A stretch of DNA of 64,000 bases from contig OZ059894.1 of NCBI GenBank assembly GCA_964057225.1, positions 23,002,001 to 23,066,000 on the forward strand, given 5' to 3'. This DNA is from Auanema rhodensis. Taxonomy: Eukaryota > Animalia > Nematoda. The position numbers and the translations under genes are program-made. The notes beneath the pieces are model-generated. The model ran no database searches. It was not told the origin of the DNA and saw nothing but the letters and a program-made list of their open reading frames with translations. Below are positions 24,101 to 39,100 of this stretch, in pieces (the stretch's first letter is position 1; each line of letters begins with the position of its first letter).

Positions 24101-27100
24101 TATTTCTTCAGGGTGAAAATCGAGGATATAAGTGTGAACATATATCAGTTGATATCTCGGTGCATTTTTAAGCTAGCGCAAATCTGATCACACAGATCGA
24201 CGCAGCTTAAAAATCCGCATCGAATGCACTTTACTACATTGAGAAACGCTTAATACAAAAATTAGTTATGATCGTTTGAAAAATGATGCATTAGTGTATG
24301 TTGAGTTTCCATGTACACTCAATATTGCTTCCAAAAACATTTTGACAAAAATTTTTTCGAAAAATTTCAAAATAATTTAGCAAAAAGTAGATGTTTTTAG
24401 ATTCCATTTTTCAAGGCAAAGACGATGGACAATGTTATTTAACGAAAAAATTATTTCTTCAGGGTGAAAATCGAGGATATAAGTGTGAACATATATCAGT
24501 TGATATCTCGGTGCATTTTTAAGCTAGCGCAAATCTGATAGCACAGATCGACGCAGCTTAAAAATCCGCATCGAATGCACTCTATTACATTGAGAAACGC
24601 TTAATACAAAAATTAGTTATGATCGTTTGAAAAATGATGCATTAGTGTATGTTGAGTTTCCATGTACACTCAATATTGCTTCCAAAAACATTTTGACAAA
24701 AATTTTTTCGAAAAATTTCAAAATAATTTAGCAAAAAGTAGATGTTTTTAGATTCCTTTTTTCAAGGCAAAGACGATGGACAATGTTATTCAACGAAAAA
24801 ATTATTTCTTCAGGGTGAAAATCGAGGATATAAGTGTGAACTTATATCAGTTGATATCTCGGTGCATTTTCAAGCTAGCGCAAATCTGATAACACAGATC
24901 GACGCAGCTTAAAAATCCGCATCGAATGCACTATACTACATTGAGAAACGCTTGATACAAAAATTAGTTATGATCGTTTGAAAAATGATGCATTAGTGTA
25001 TGTTGAGTTTCCATGTACAATCAACATTGCTTCCAAAAACATTTTGACAAAAATTTTTTCGAAAAATTTCAAAATAATTTAGCAAAAAGTAGATGTTTTT
25101 AGATTCCATTTTTCAAGGCAAAGACGATAGACAATGTTATTCAACGAAAAAATTAATTCTTTAGGGTGAAAATCGAGGATATAAGTGTGAACTTATATCA
25201 GTTGATATCTCGGTGCATTTTTAAGCTAGCGCAAATCTGATCACACAGATCGACGCAGCTTAAAAATCCGCATCGAATGCACTATACTACATTGAGAAAC
25301 GCTTAATACACAAATTAGTTATGATCGTTTGAAAAATGATGCATTAGTGTATGTTGAGTTTCCATGTACACTCAATATTGCTTCCAAAAACATTTTGACA
25401 AAAATTTTTTCGAAAAATTTCAAAAGAATTTAGCAAAAAGTAGATGTTTTTAGATTCCATTTTTCAAGGCAAAGACGATAGACAATGTTATTCAACGAAA
25501 AAATTATTTCTTCAGGGTGAAAATCGAGGATATAAGTGTGAACTTATATCAGTTGATATCTCGGTGCATTTTTAAGCTAGCGCAAATCTGATAACACAGA
25601 TCGACGCAGCTTAAAAATCCGCATCGAATGCACTATACTACATTGAGAAACGCTTGATACAAAAATTAGTTATGATCGTTTGAAAAATGATGCATTAGTG
25701 TATGTTGAGTTTCCATGTACACTCAACATTGCTTCCAAAAACATTTTGACAAAAATTTTTTCGAAAAATTTCAAAATAATTTAGCAAAAAGTAGATGTTT
25801 TTCGATTCCTTTTTCAAGGCAAAGACGATGGACAATGTTATTCAACGAAAAAATTAATTCTTCAGGGTGAAAATCGAGGATATAAGTGTGAACTTATATC
25901 AGTTGATATCTCGGTGCATTTTTAAGCTAGCGCAAATCTGATAACACAGATCGACGCAGCTTAAAAATCCGCATCGAATGAACTCTACTACATTGAGAAA
26001 CGCTTAATACAAAAATTAGTTATGATCGTTTGAAAAATGATGCATTAGTGTATGTTGAGTTTCCATGTACACTCAATATTGCTTCCAAAAACATTTTGAC
26101 AAAAATTTTTTCGAGAAATTTCAAAATAATTTAGCAAAAAGTAGATGTTTTTAGATTCCTTTTTTCAAGGCAAAGACGATGGACAATGTTATTCAACGAA
26201 AAAATTAATTCTTCAGGGTGAAAATCGAGGATATAAGTGTGAACTTATATCAGTTGATATCTCGGTGCATTTTTAAGCTAGCGCAAATCTGATAACACAG
26301 ATCGACGCAGCTTAAAAATCCGCATCGAATGCACTCTACTACATTGAGAAACGCTTAATACAAAAATTAGTTATGATCGTTTGAAAAATGATGCATTAGT
26401 GTATGTTGAGTTTCCATGTACACTCAATATTGCTTCCAAAAACATTTTGACAAAAATTTTTTCGAAAAATTTCAAAAGAATTTAGCAAAAAGTAGATGTT
26501 TTTAGATTCCATTTTTCAAGGCAAAGACGATAGACAATGTTATTTAACGAAAAAATTAATTCTTTAGGGTGAAAATCGAGGATATAAGTGTGAACTTATA
26601 TCAGTTGATATCTCGGTGCATTTTTAAGCTAGCGCAAATCTGATCACACAGATCGACGCAGCTTAAAAATCCGCATTGAATGCACTATACTACATTGAGA
26701 AACGCTTAATACACAAATTAGTTATGATCGTTTGAAAAATGATGCATTAGTGTATGTTGAGTTTCCATGTACACTCAATATTGCTTCCAAAAACATTTTG
26801 ACAAAAATTTTTTCGAGAAATTTCAAAATAATTTAGCAAAAAGTAGATGTTTTCAGATTCCTTTTTTCAAGGCAAAGACGATGGACAATGTTATTCAACA
26901 AAAAAATTATTTCTTCAGGGTGAAAATCGAGGATATAAGTGTGAACTTATATCAGTTGATATCTCGGTGCATTTTTAAGCTAGCGCAAATCTGATAACAC
27001 AGATCGACGCAGCTTAAAAATCCGCATCGAATGCACTATACTACATTGAGAAACGCTTGATACAAAAATTAGTTATGATCGTTTGAAAAATGATGCATTA

Positions 27101-30100
27101 GTGTATGTTGAGTTTCCATGTACACTCAACATTGCTTCCAAAAACATTTTGACAAAAATTTTTTCGAAAAATTTCAAAAGAATTTAGCAAAAAGTAGATG
27201 TTTTAAGATTCCATTTTTCAAGGCAAAGACGATAGACAATGTTATTTAACGAAAAAATTAATTCTTCAGGGTGAAAATCGAGGATATATGTGTGAACTTA
27301 TATCAGTTGATATCTCGGTGCATTTTTAAGCTAGCGCAAATCTGATAACACAGATCGACGCAGCTTAAAAATCCGCATCGAATGCACCATACTACATTGA
27401 GAAACGCTTGATACAAAAATTAGTTATGATCGTTTGAAAAATGATGCATTAGTGTATGTTGAGTTTCCATGTACACTCAACATTGCTTCCAAAAACATTT
27501 TGACAAAAATTTTTTCGAAAAATTTCAAAAGAATTTAGCAAAAAGTAGATGTTTTTAGATTCCATTTTTCAAGGCAAAGACGATAGACAATGTTATTTAA
27601 CGAAAAAATTAATTCTTTAGGGTGAAAATCGAGGATATAAGTGTGAACTTATATCAGTTGATATCTCGGTGCATTTTTAAGCTAGCGCAAATCTGATCAC
27701 ACAGATCGACGCAGCTTAAAAATCCGCATCGAATGCACTATACTACATTGAGAAACGCTTAATACACAAATTAGTTATGATCGTTTGAAAAATGATGCAT
27801 TAGTGTATGTTGAGTTTCCATGTACACTCAATATTGCTTCCAAAAACATTTTGACAAAAATTTTTTCGAGAAATTTCAAAATAATTTAGCAAAAAGTAGA
27901 TGTTTTCAGATTCCTTTTTTCAAGGCAAAGACGATGGACAATGTTATTCAACAAAAAAATTATTTCTTCAGGGTGAAAATCGAGGATATAAGTGTGAACT
28001 TATATCAGTTGATATCTCGGTGCATTTTTAAGCTAGCGCAAATCTGATAACACAGATCGACGCAGCTTAAAAATCCGCATCGAATGCACTATACTACATT
28101 GAGAAACGCTTGATACAAAAATTAGTTATGATCGTTTGAAAAATGATGCATTAGTGTATGTTGAGTTTCTATGTACACTCAACATTGCTTCCAAAAACAT
28201 TTTGACAAAAATTTTTTCGAAAAATTTCAAAAGAATTTAGCAAAAAGTAGATGTTTTCAGATTCCTTTTTTCAAGGCAAAGACGATGGACAATGTTATTC
28301 AACAAAAAAATTATTTCTTCAGGGTGAAAATCGAGGATATAAGTGTGAACTTATATCAGTTGATATCTCGGTGCATTTTTAAGCTAGCGCAAATCTGATC
28401 ACACAGATCGACGCAGCTTAAAAATCCGCATCGAATGCACTATACTACATTGAGAAACGCTTAATACACAAATTAGTTATGATCGTTTGAAAAATGATGC
28501 ATTAGTGTATGTTGAGTTTCCATGTACACTCAATATTGCTTCCAAAAACATTTTGACAAAAATTTTTTCGAGAAATTTCAAAATAATTTAGCAAAAAGTA
28601 GATGTTTTCAGATTCCTTTTTTCAAGGCAAAGACGATGGACAATGTTATTCAACAAAAAAATTATTTCTTCAGGGTGAAAATCGAGGATATAAGTGTGAA
28701 CTTATATCAGTTGATATCTCGGTGCATTTTTAAGCTAGCGCAAATCTGATAACACAGATCGACGCAGCTTAAAAATCCGCATCGAATGCACTATACTACA
28801 TTGAGAAACGCTTGATACAAAAATTAGTTATGATCGTTTGAAAAATGATGCATTAGTGTATGTTGAGTTTCCATGTACACTCAACATTGCTTCCAAAAAC
28901 ATTTTGACAAAAATTTTTTCGAAAAATTTCAAAAGAATTTAGCAAAAAGTAGATGTTTTAAGATTCCATTTTTCAAGGCAAAGACGATAGACAATGTTAT
29001 TTAACGAAAAAATTAATTCTTCAGGGTGAAAATCGAGGATATATGTGTGAACTTATATCAGTTGATATCTCGGTGCATTTTTAAGCTAGCGCAAATCTGA
29101 TAACACAGATCGACGCAGCTTAAAAATCCGCATCGAATGCACCATACTACATTGAGAAACGCTTGATACAAAAATTAGTTATGATCGTTTGAAAAATGAT
29201 GCATTAGTGTATGTTGAGTTTCCATGTACACTCAACATTGCTTCCAAAAACATTTTGACAAAAATTTTTTCGAAAAATTTCAAAAGAATTTAGCAAAAAG
29301 TAGATGTTTTTAGATTCCATTTTTCAAGGCAAAGACGATAGACAATGTTATTTAACGAAAAAATTAATTCTTTAGGGTGAAAATCGAGGATATAAGTGTG
29401 AACTTATATCAGTTGATATCTCGGTGCATTTTTAAGCTAGCGCAAATCTGATCACACAGATCGACGCAGCTTAAAAATCCGCATCGAATGCACTATACTA
29501 CATTGAGAAACGCTTAATACACAAATTAGTTATGATCGTTTGAAAAATGATGCATTAGTGTATGTTGAGTTTCCATGTACACTCAATATTGCTTCCAAAA
29601 ACATTTTGACAAAAATTTTTTCGAAAAATTTCAAAAGAATTTAGCAAAAAGTAGATGTTTTTAGATTCCATTTTTCAAGGCAAAGACGATAGACAATGTT
29701 ATTCAACGAAAAAATTATTTCTTCAGGGTGAAAATCGAGGATATAAGTGTGAACTTATATCAGTTGATATCTCGGTGCATTTTTAAGCTAGCGCAAATCT
29801 GATCACACAGATCGACGCAGCTTAAAAATCCGCATCGAATGCACTTTACTACATTGAGAAACGCTTAATACAAAAATTAGTTATGATCGTTTGAAAAATG
29901 ATGCATTAGTGTATGTTGAGTTTCCATGTACACTCAATATTGCTTCCAAAAACATTTTGACAAAAATTTTTTCGAAAAATTTCAAAATAATTTAGCAAAA
30001 AGTAGATGTTTTTAGATTCCATTTTTCAAGGCAAAGACGATAGACAATGTTATTTAACGAAAAAATTAATTCTTTAGGGTGAAAATCGAGGATATAAGTG

Positions 30101-33100
30101 TGAACTTATATCAGTTGATATCTCGATGCATTTTTAAGCTAGCGCAAATCTGATCACACAGATCGACGCAGCTTAAAAATCCGCATCGAATGCACTATAC
30201 TACATTGAGAAACGCTTAATACACAAATTAGTTATGATCGTTTGAAAAATGATGCATTAGTGTATGTTGAGTTTCCATGTACACTCAATATTGCTTCCAA
30301 AAACATTTTGACAAAAATTTTTTCGAAAAATTTCAAAAGAATTTAGCAAAAAGTAGATGTTTTTAGATTCCATTTTTCAAGGCAAAGACGATAGACAATG
30401 TTATTCAACGAAAAAATTATTTCTTCAGGGTGAAAATAGAGGATATAAGTGTGAACTTATATCAGTTGATATCTCGGTGCATTTTTAAGCTAGCGCAAAT
30501 CTGATCACACAGATCGACGCAGCTTAAAAATCCGCATCGAATGCACTTTACTACATTGAGAAACGCTTAATACAAAAATTAGTTATGATCGTTTGAAAAA
30601 TGATGCATTAGTGTATGTTGAGTTTCCATGTACACTCAATATTGCTTCCAAAAAGATTTTGACAAAAATTTTTTCGAAAAATTTCAAAATAATTTAGCAA
30701 AAAGTAGATGTTTTTAGATTCCATTTTTCAAGGCAAAGACGATGGACAATGTTATTTAACGAAAAAATTATTTCTTCAGGGTGAAAATCGAGGATATAAG
30801 TGTGAACATATATCAGTTGATATCTCGGTGCATTTTTAAGCTAGCGCAAATCTGATAACACAGATCGACGCAGCTTAAAAATCCGCATCGAATGCACTCT
30901 ATTACATTGAGAAACGCTTAATACAAAAATTAGTTATGATCGTTTGAAAAATGATGCATTAGTGTATGTTGAGTTTCCATGTACACTCAATATTGCTTCC
31001 AAAAACATTTTGACAAAAATTTTTTCGAAAAATTTCAAAATAATTTAGCAAAAAGTAGATGTTTTTAGATTCCTTTTTTCAAGGCAAAGACGATGGACAA
31101 TGTTATTCAACGAAAAAATTATTTCTTCAGGGTGAAAATCGAGGATATAAGTGTGAACTTATATCAGTTGATATCTCGGTGCATTTTCAAGCTAGCGCAA
31201 ATCTGATAACACAGATCGACGCAGCTTAAAAATCCGCATCGAATGCACTATACTACATTGAGAAACGCTTGATACAAAAATTAGTTATGATCGTTTGAAA
31301 AATGATGCATTAGTGTATGTTGAGTTTCCATGTACAATCAACATTGCTTCCAAAAACATTTTGACAAAAATTTTTTCGAAAAATTTCAAAATAATTTAGC
31401 AAAAAGTAGATGTTTTTAGATTCCATTTTTCAAGGCAAAGACGATAGACAATGTTATTCAACGAAAAAATTAATTCTTTAGGGTGAAAATCGAGGATATA
31501 AGTGTGAACTTATATCAGTTGATATCTCGGTGCATTTTTAAGCTAGCGCAAATCTGATCACACAGATCGACGCAGCTTAAAAATCCGCATCGAATGCACT
31601 ATACTACATTGAGAAACGCTTAATACACAAATTAGTTATGATCGTTTGAAAAATGATGCATTAGTGTATGTTGAGTTTCCATGTACACTCAATATTGCTT
31701 CCAAAAACATTTTGACAAAAATTTTTTCGAAAAATTTCAAAAGAATTTAGCAAAAAGTAGATGTTTTTAGATTCCATTTTTCAAGGCAAAGACGATAGAC
31801 AATGTTATTCAACGAAAAAATTATTTCTTCAGGGTGAAAATCGAGGATATAAGTGTGAACTTATATCAGTTGATATCTCGGTGCATTTTTAAGCTAGCGC
31901 AAATCTGATAACACAGATCGACGCAGCTTAAAAATCCGCATCGAATGCACTATACTACATTGAGAAACGCTTGATACAAAAATTAGTTATGACCGTTTGA
32001 AAAATGATGCATTAGTGTATGTTGAGTTTCCATGTACACTCAACATTGCTTCCAAAAACATTTTGACAAAAATTTTTTCGAAAAATTTCAAAATAATTTA
32101 GCAAAAAGTAGATGTTTTTCGATTCCTTTTTCAAGGCAAAGACGATGGACAATGTTATTCAACGAAAAAATTAGTTCTTCAGGGTGAAAATCGAGGATAT
32201 AAGTGTGAACTTATATCAGTTGATATCTCGGTGCATTTTTAAGCTAGCGCAAATCTGATAACACAGATCGACGCAGCTTAAAAATCCGCATCGAATGCAC
32301 TATACTACATTGAGAAACGCTTGATACAAAAATTAGTTATGACCGTTTGAAAAATGATGCATTAGTGTATGTTGAGTTTCCATGTACACTCAATATTGCT
32401 TCCAAAAACATTTTGACAAAAATTTTTTCGAGAAATTTCAAAATAATTTAGCAAAAAGTAGATGTTTTTAGATTCCTTTTTTCAAGGCAAAGACGATGGA
32501 CAATGTTATTCAACGAAAAAATTAATTCTTCAGGGTGAAAATCGAGGATATAAGTGTGAACTTATATCAGTTGATATCTCGGTGCATTTTTAAGCTAGCG
32601 CAAATCTGATAACACAGATCGACGCAGCTTAAAAATCCGCATCGAATGCACTATACTACATTGAGAAACGCTTGATACAAAAATTAGTTATGATCGTTTG
32701 AAAAATGATGCATTAGTGTATGTTGAGTTTCCATGTACACTCAACATTGCTTCCAAAAACATTTTGACAAAAATTTTTTCGAAAAATTTCAAAATAATTT
32801 AGCAAAAAGTAGATGTTTTTCGATTCCTTTTTCAAGGCAAAGACGATGGACAATGTTATTCAACGAAAAAATTAATTCTTCAGGGTGAAAATCGAGGATA
32901 TAAGTGTGAACTTATATCAGTTGATATCTCGGTGCATTTTTAAGCTAGCGCAAATCTGATAACACAGATCGACGCAGCTTAAAAATCCGCATCGAATGAA
33001 CTCTACTACATTGAGAAACGCTTAATACAAAAATTAGTTATGATCGTTTGAAAAATGATGCATTAGTGTATGTTGAGTTTCCATGTACACTCAATATTGC

Positions 33101-36100
33101 TTCCAAAAACATTTTGACAAAAATTTTTTCGAGAAATTTCAAAATAATTTAGCAAAAAGTAGATGTTTTTAGATTCCTTTTTTCAAGGCAAAGACGATGG
33201 ACAATGTTATTCAACGAAAAAATTAATTCTTCAGGGTGAAAATCGAGGATATAAGTGTGAACTTATATCAGTTGATATCTCGGTGCATTTTTAAGCTAGC
33301 GCAAATCTGATAACACAGATCGACGCAGCTTAAAAATCCGCATCGAATGCACTCTACTACATTGAGAAACGCTTAATACAAAAATTAGTTATGATCGTTT
33401 GAAAAATGATGCATTAGTGTATGTTGAGTTTCCATGTACACTCAATATTGCTTCCAAAAACATTTTGACAAAAATTTTTTCGAAAAATTTCAAAAGAATT
33501 TAGCAAAAAGTAGATGTTTTTAGATTCCATTTTTCAAGGCAAAGACGATAGACAATGTTATTTAACGAAAAAATTAATTCTTTAGGGTGAAAATCGAGGA
33601 TATAAGTGTGAACTTATATCAGTTGATATCTCGGTGCATTTTTAAGCTAGCGCAAATCTGATCACACAGATCGACGCAGCTTAAAAATCCGCATTGAATG
33701 CACTATACTACATTGAGAAACGCTTAATACACAAATTAGTTATGATCGTTTGAAAAATGATGCATTAGTGTATGTTGAGTTTCCATGTACACTCAATATT
33801 GCTTCCAAAAACATTTTGACAAAAATTTTTTCGAGAAATTTCAAAATAATTTAGCAAAAAGTAGATGTTTTCAGATTCCTTTTTTCAAGGCAAAGACGAT
33901 GGACAATGTTATTCAACAAAAAAATTATTTCTTCAGGGTGAAAATCGAGGATATAAGTGTGAACTTATATCAGTTGATATCTCGGTGCATTTTTAAGCTA
34001 GCGCAAATCTGATAACACAGATCGACGCAGCTTAAAAATCCGCATCGAATGCACTATACTACATTGAGAAACGCTTGATACAAAAATTAGTTATGATCGT
34101 TTGAAAAATGATGCATTAGTGTATGTTGAGTTTCCATGTACACTCAACATTGCTTCCAAAAACATTTTGACAAAAATTTTTTCGAAAAATTTCAAAAGAA
34201 TTTAGCAAAAAGTAGATGTTTTAAGATTCCATTTTTCAAGGCAAAGACGATAGACAATGTTATTTAACGAAAAAATTAATTCTTCAGGGTGAAAATCGAG
34301 GATATATGTGTGAACTTATATCAGTTGATATCTCGGTGCATTTTTAAGCTAGCGCAAATCTGATCACACAGATCGACGCAGCTTAAAAATCCGCATCGAA
34401 TGCACTATACTACATTGAGAAACGCTTAATACACAAATTAGTTATGATCGTTTGAAAAATGATGCATTAGTGTATGTTGAGTTTCCATGTACACTCAATA
34501 TTGCTTCCAAAAACATTTTGACAAAAATTTTTTCGAAAAATTTCAAAAGAATTTAGCAAAAAGTAGATGTTTTTAGATTCCATTTTTCAAGGCAAAGACG
34601 ATAGACAATGTTATTCAACGAAAAAATTATTTCTTCAGGGTGAAAATCGAGGATATAAGTGTGAACTTATATCAGTTGATATCTCGGTGCATTTTTAAGC
34701 TAGCGCAAATCTGATCACACAGATCGACGCAGCTTAAAAATCCGCATCGAATGCACTTTACTACATTGAGAAACGCTTAATACAAAAATTAGTTATGATC
34801 GTTTGAAAAATGATGCATTAGTGTATGTTGAGTTTCCATGTACACTCAATATTGCTTCCAAAAACATTTTGACAAAAATTTTTTCGAAAAATTTCAAAAT
34901 AATTTAGCAAAAAGTAGATGTTTTTAGATTCCATTTTTCAAGGCAAAGACGATAGACAATGTTATTTAACGAAAAAATTAATTCTTTAGGGTGAAAATCG
35001 AGGATATAAGTGTGAACTTATATCAGTTGATATCTCGATGCATTTTTAAGCTAGCGCAAATCTGATCACACAGATCGACGCAGCTTAAAAATCCGCATCG
35101 AATGCACTATACTACATTGAGAAACGCTTAATACACAAATTAGTTATGATCGTTTGAAAAATGATGCATTAGTGTATGTTGAGTTTCCATGTACACTCAA
35201 TATTGCTTCCAAAAACATTTTGACAAAAATTTTTTCGAAAAATTTCAAAAGAATTTAGCAAAAAGTAGATGTTTTTAGATTCCATTTTTCAAGGCAAAGA
35301 CGATAGACAATGTTATTCAACGAAAAAATTATTTCTTCAGGGTGAAAATAGAGGATATAAGTGTGAACTTATATCAGTTGATATCTCGGTGCATTTTTAA
35401 GCTAGCGCAAATCTGATCACACAGATCGACGCAGCTTAAAAATCCGCATCGAATGCACTTTACTACATTGAGAAACGCTTAATACAAAAATTAGTTATGA
35501 TCGTTTGAAAAATGATGCATTAGTGTATGTTGAGTTTCCATGTACACTCAATATTGCTTCCAAAAAGATTTTGACAAAAATTTTTTCGAAAAATTTCAAA
35601 ATAATTTAGCAAAAAGTAGATGTTTTTAGATTCGATTTTTCAAGGCAAAGACGATGGACAATGTTATTTAACGAAAAAATTATTTCTTCAGGGTGAAAAT
35701 CGAGGATATAAGTGTGAACATATATCAGTTGATATCTCGGTGCATTTTTAAGCTAGCGCAAATCTGATAACACAGATCGACGCAGCTTAAAAATCCGCAT
35801 CGAATGCACTCTATTACATTGAGAAACGCTTAATACAAAAATTAGTTATGATCGTTTGAAAAATGATGCATTAGTGTATGTTGAGTTTCCATGTACACTC
35901 AATATTGCTTCCAAAAACATTTTGACAAAAATTTTTTCGAAAAATTTCAAAATAATTTAGCAAAAAGTAGATGTTTTTAGATTCCTTTTTTCAAGGCAAA
36001 GACGATGGACAATGTTATTCAACGAAAAAATTATTTCTTCAGGGTGAAAATCGAGGATATAAGTGTGAACTTATATCAGTTGATATCTCGGTGCATTTTC

Positions 36101-39100
36101 AAGCTAGCGCAAATCTGATAACACAGATCGACGCAGCTTAAAAATCCGCATCGAATGCACTATACTACATTGAGAAACGCTTGATACAAAAATTAGTTAT
36201 GATCGTTTGAAAAATGATGCATTAGTGTATGTTGAGTTTCCATGTACAATCAACATTGCTTCCAAAAACATTTTGACAAAAATTTTTTCGAAAAATTTCA
36301 AAATAATTTAGCAAAAAGTAGATGTTTTTAGATTCCATTTTTCAAGGCAAAGACGATAGACAATGTTATTCAACGAAAAAAATTAATTCTTTAGGGTGAA
36401 AATCGAGGATATAAGTGTGAACTTATATCAGTTGATATCTCGGTGCATTTTTAAGCTAGCGCAAATCTGATCACACAGATCGACGCAGCTTAAAAATCCG
36501 CATCGAATGCACTATACTACATTGAGAAACGCTTAATACACAAATTAGTTATGATCGTTTGAAAAATGATGCATTAGTGTATGTTGAGTTTCCATGTACA
36601 CTCAATATTGCTTCCAAAAACATTTTGACAAAAATTTTTTCGAAAAATTTCAAAAGAATTTAGCAAAAAGTAGATGTTTTTAGATTCCATTTTTCAAGGC
36701 AAAGACGATAGACAATGTTATTCAACGAAAAAATTATTTCTTCAGGGTGAAAATCGAGGATATAAGTGTGAACTTATATCAGTTGATATCTCGGTGCATT
36801 TTTAAGCTAGCGCAAATCTGATAACACAGATCGACGCAGCTTAAAAATCCGCATCGAATGCACTATACTACATTGAGAAACGCTTGATACAAAAATTAGT
36901 TATGACCGTTTGAAAAATGATGCATTAGTGTATGTTGAGTTTCCATGTACACTCAACATTGCTTCCAAAAACATTTTGACAAAAATTTTTTCGAAAAATT
37001 TCAAAATAATTTAGCAAAAAGTAGATGTTTTTCGATTCCTTTTTCAAGGCAAAGACGATGGACAATGTTATTCAACGAAAAAATTAGTTCTTCAGGGTGA
37101 AAATCGAGGATATAAGTGTGAACTTATATCAGTTGATATCTCGGTGCATTTTTAAGCTAGCGCAAATCTGATAACACAGATCGACGCAGCTTAAAAATCC
37201 GCATCGAATGAACTCTACTACATTGAGAAACGCTTAATACAAAAATTAGTTATGATCGTTTGAAAAATGATGCATTAGTGTATGTTGAGTTTCCATGTAC
37301 ACTCAATATTGCTTCCAAAAACATTTTGACAAAAATTTTTTCGAGAAATTTCAAAATAATTTAGCAAAAAGTAGATGTTTTTAGATTCCTTTGTTCAAGG
37401 CAAAGACGATGGACAATGTTATTCAACGAAAAAATTAATTCTTCAGGGTGAAAATCGAGGATATAAGTGTGAACTTATATCAGTTGATATCTCGGTGCAT
37501 TTTTAAGCTAGCGCAAATCTGATAACACAGATCGACGCAGCTTAAAAATCCGCATCGAATGCACTCTACTACATTGAGAAACGCTTAATACAAAAATTAG
37601 TTATGATCGTTTGAAAAATGATGCATTAGTGTATGTTGAGTTTCCATGTACACTCAATATTGCTTCCAAAAACATTTTGACAAAAATTTTTTCGAGAAAT
37701 TTCAAAATAATTTAGCAAAAAGTAGATGTTTTTAGATTCCTTTTTTCAAGGCAAAGACGATGGACAATGTTATTCAACGAAAAAATTAATTCTTCAGGGT
37801 GAAAATCGAGGATATAAGTGTGAACTTATATCAGTTGATATCTCGGTGCATTTTTAAGCTAGCGCAAATCTGATAACACAGATCGACGCAGCTTAAAAAT
37901 CCGCATCGAATGCACTCTACTACATTGAGAAGCGCTTAATACAAAAATTAGTTATGATCGTTTGAAAAATGATGCATTAGTGTATGTTGAGTTTCCATGT
38001 ACACTCAATATTGCTTCCAAAAACATTTTGACAAAAATTTTTTCGAAAAATTTCAAAAGAATTTAGCAAAAAGTAGATGTTTTTAGATTCCATTTTTCAA
38101 GGCAAAGACGATAGACAATGTTATTTAACGAAAAAATTAATTCTTTAGGGTGAAAATCGAGGATATAAGTGTGAACTTATATCAGTTGATATCTCGGTGC
38201 ATTTTTAAGCTAGCGCAAATCTGATAACACAGATCGACGCAGCTTAAAAATCCGCATCGAATGCACTATACTACATTGAGAAACGCTTAATACACAAATT
38301 AGTTATGATCGTTTGAAAAATGATGCATTAGTGTATGTTGAGTTTCCATGTACACTCAATATTGCTTCCAAAAACATTTTGACAAAAATTTTTTCGAGAA
38401 ATTTCAAAATAATTTAGCAAAAAGTAGATGTTTTCAGATTCCTTTTTTCAAGGCAAAGACGATGGACAATGTTATTCAACAAAAAAATTATTTCTTCAGG
38501 GTGAAAATCGAGGATATAAGTGTGAACTTATATCAGTTGATATCTCGGTGCATTTTTAAGCTAGCGCAAATCTGATAACACAGATCGACGCAGCTTAAAA
38601 ATCCGCATCGAATGCACTATACTACATTGAGAAACGCTTGATACAAAAATTAGTTATGATCGTTTGAAAAATGATGCATTAGTGTATGTTGAGTTTCCAT
38701 GTACACTCAACATTGCTTCCAAAAACATTTTGACAAAAATTTTTTCGAAAAATTTCAAAAGAATTTAGCAAAAAGTAGATGTTTTTAGATTCCATTTTTC
38801 AAGGCAAAGACGATAGACAATGTTATTTAACGAAAAAATTAATTCTTCAGGGTGAAAATCGAGGATATAAGTGTGAACTTATATCAGTTGATATCTCGGT
38901 GCATTTTTAAGCTAGCGCAAATCTGATAACACAGATCGACGCAGCTTAAAAATCCGCATCGAATGCACTATACTACATTGAGAAACGCTTGATACAAAAA
39001 TTAGTTATGATCGTTTGAAAAATGATGCATTAGTGTATGTTGAGTTTCCATGTACACTCAACATTGCTTCCAAAAACATTTTGACAAAAATTTTTTCGAA

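Noticed and set aside
21152-38575. Eight copies of a 75-aa ORF (MYTQYCFQKH...)
   Set aside because: They exist only where a T>C variant (TTTTAG>TTTCAG) removes the TAG present in most other monomers. The F/K/N-rich composition reflects A/T tracts, there is no recognisable domain, and the copies simply follow HOR duplication.
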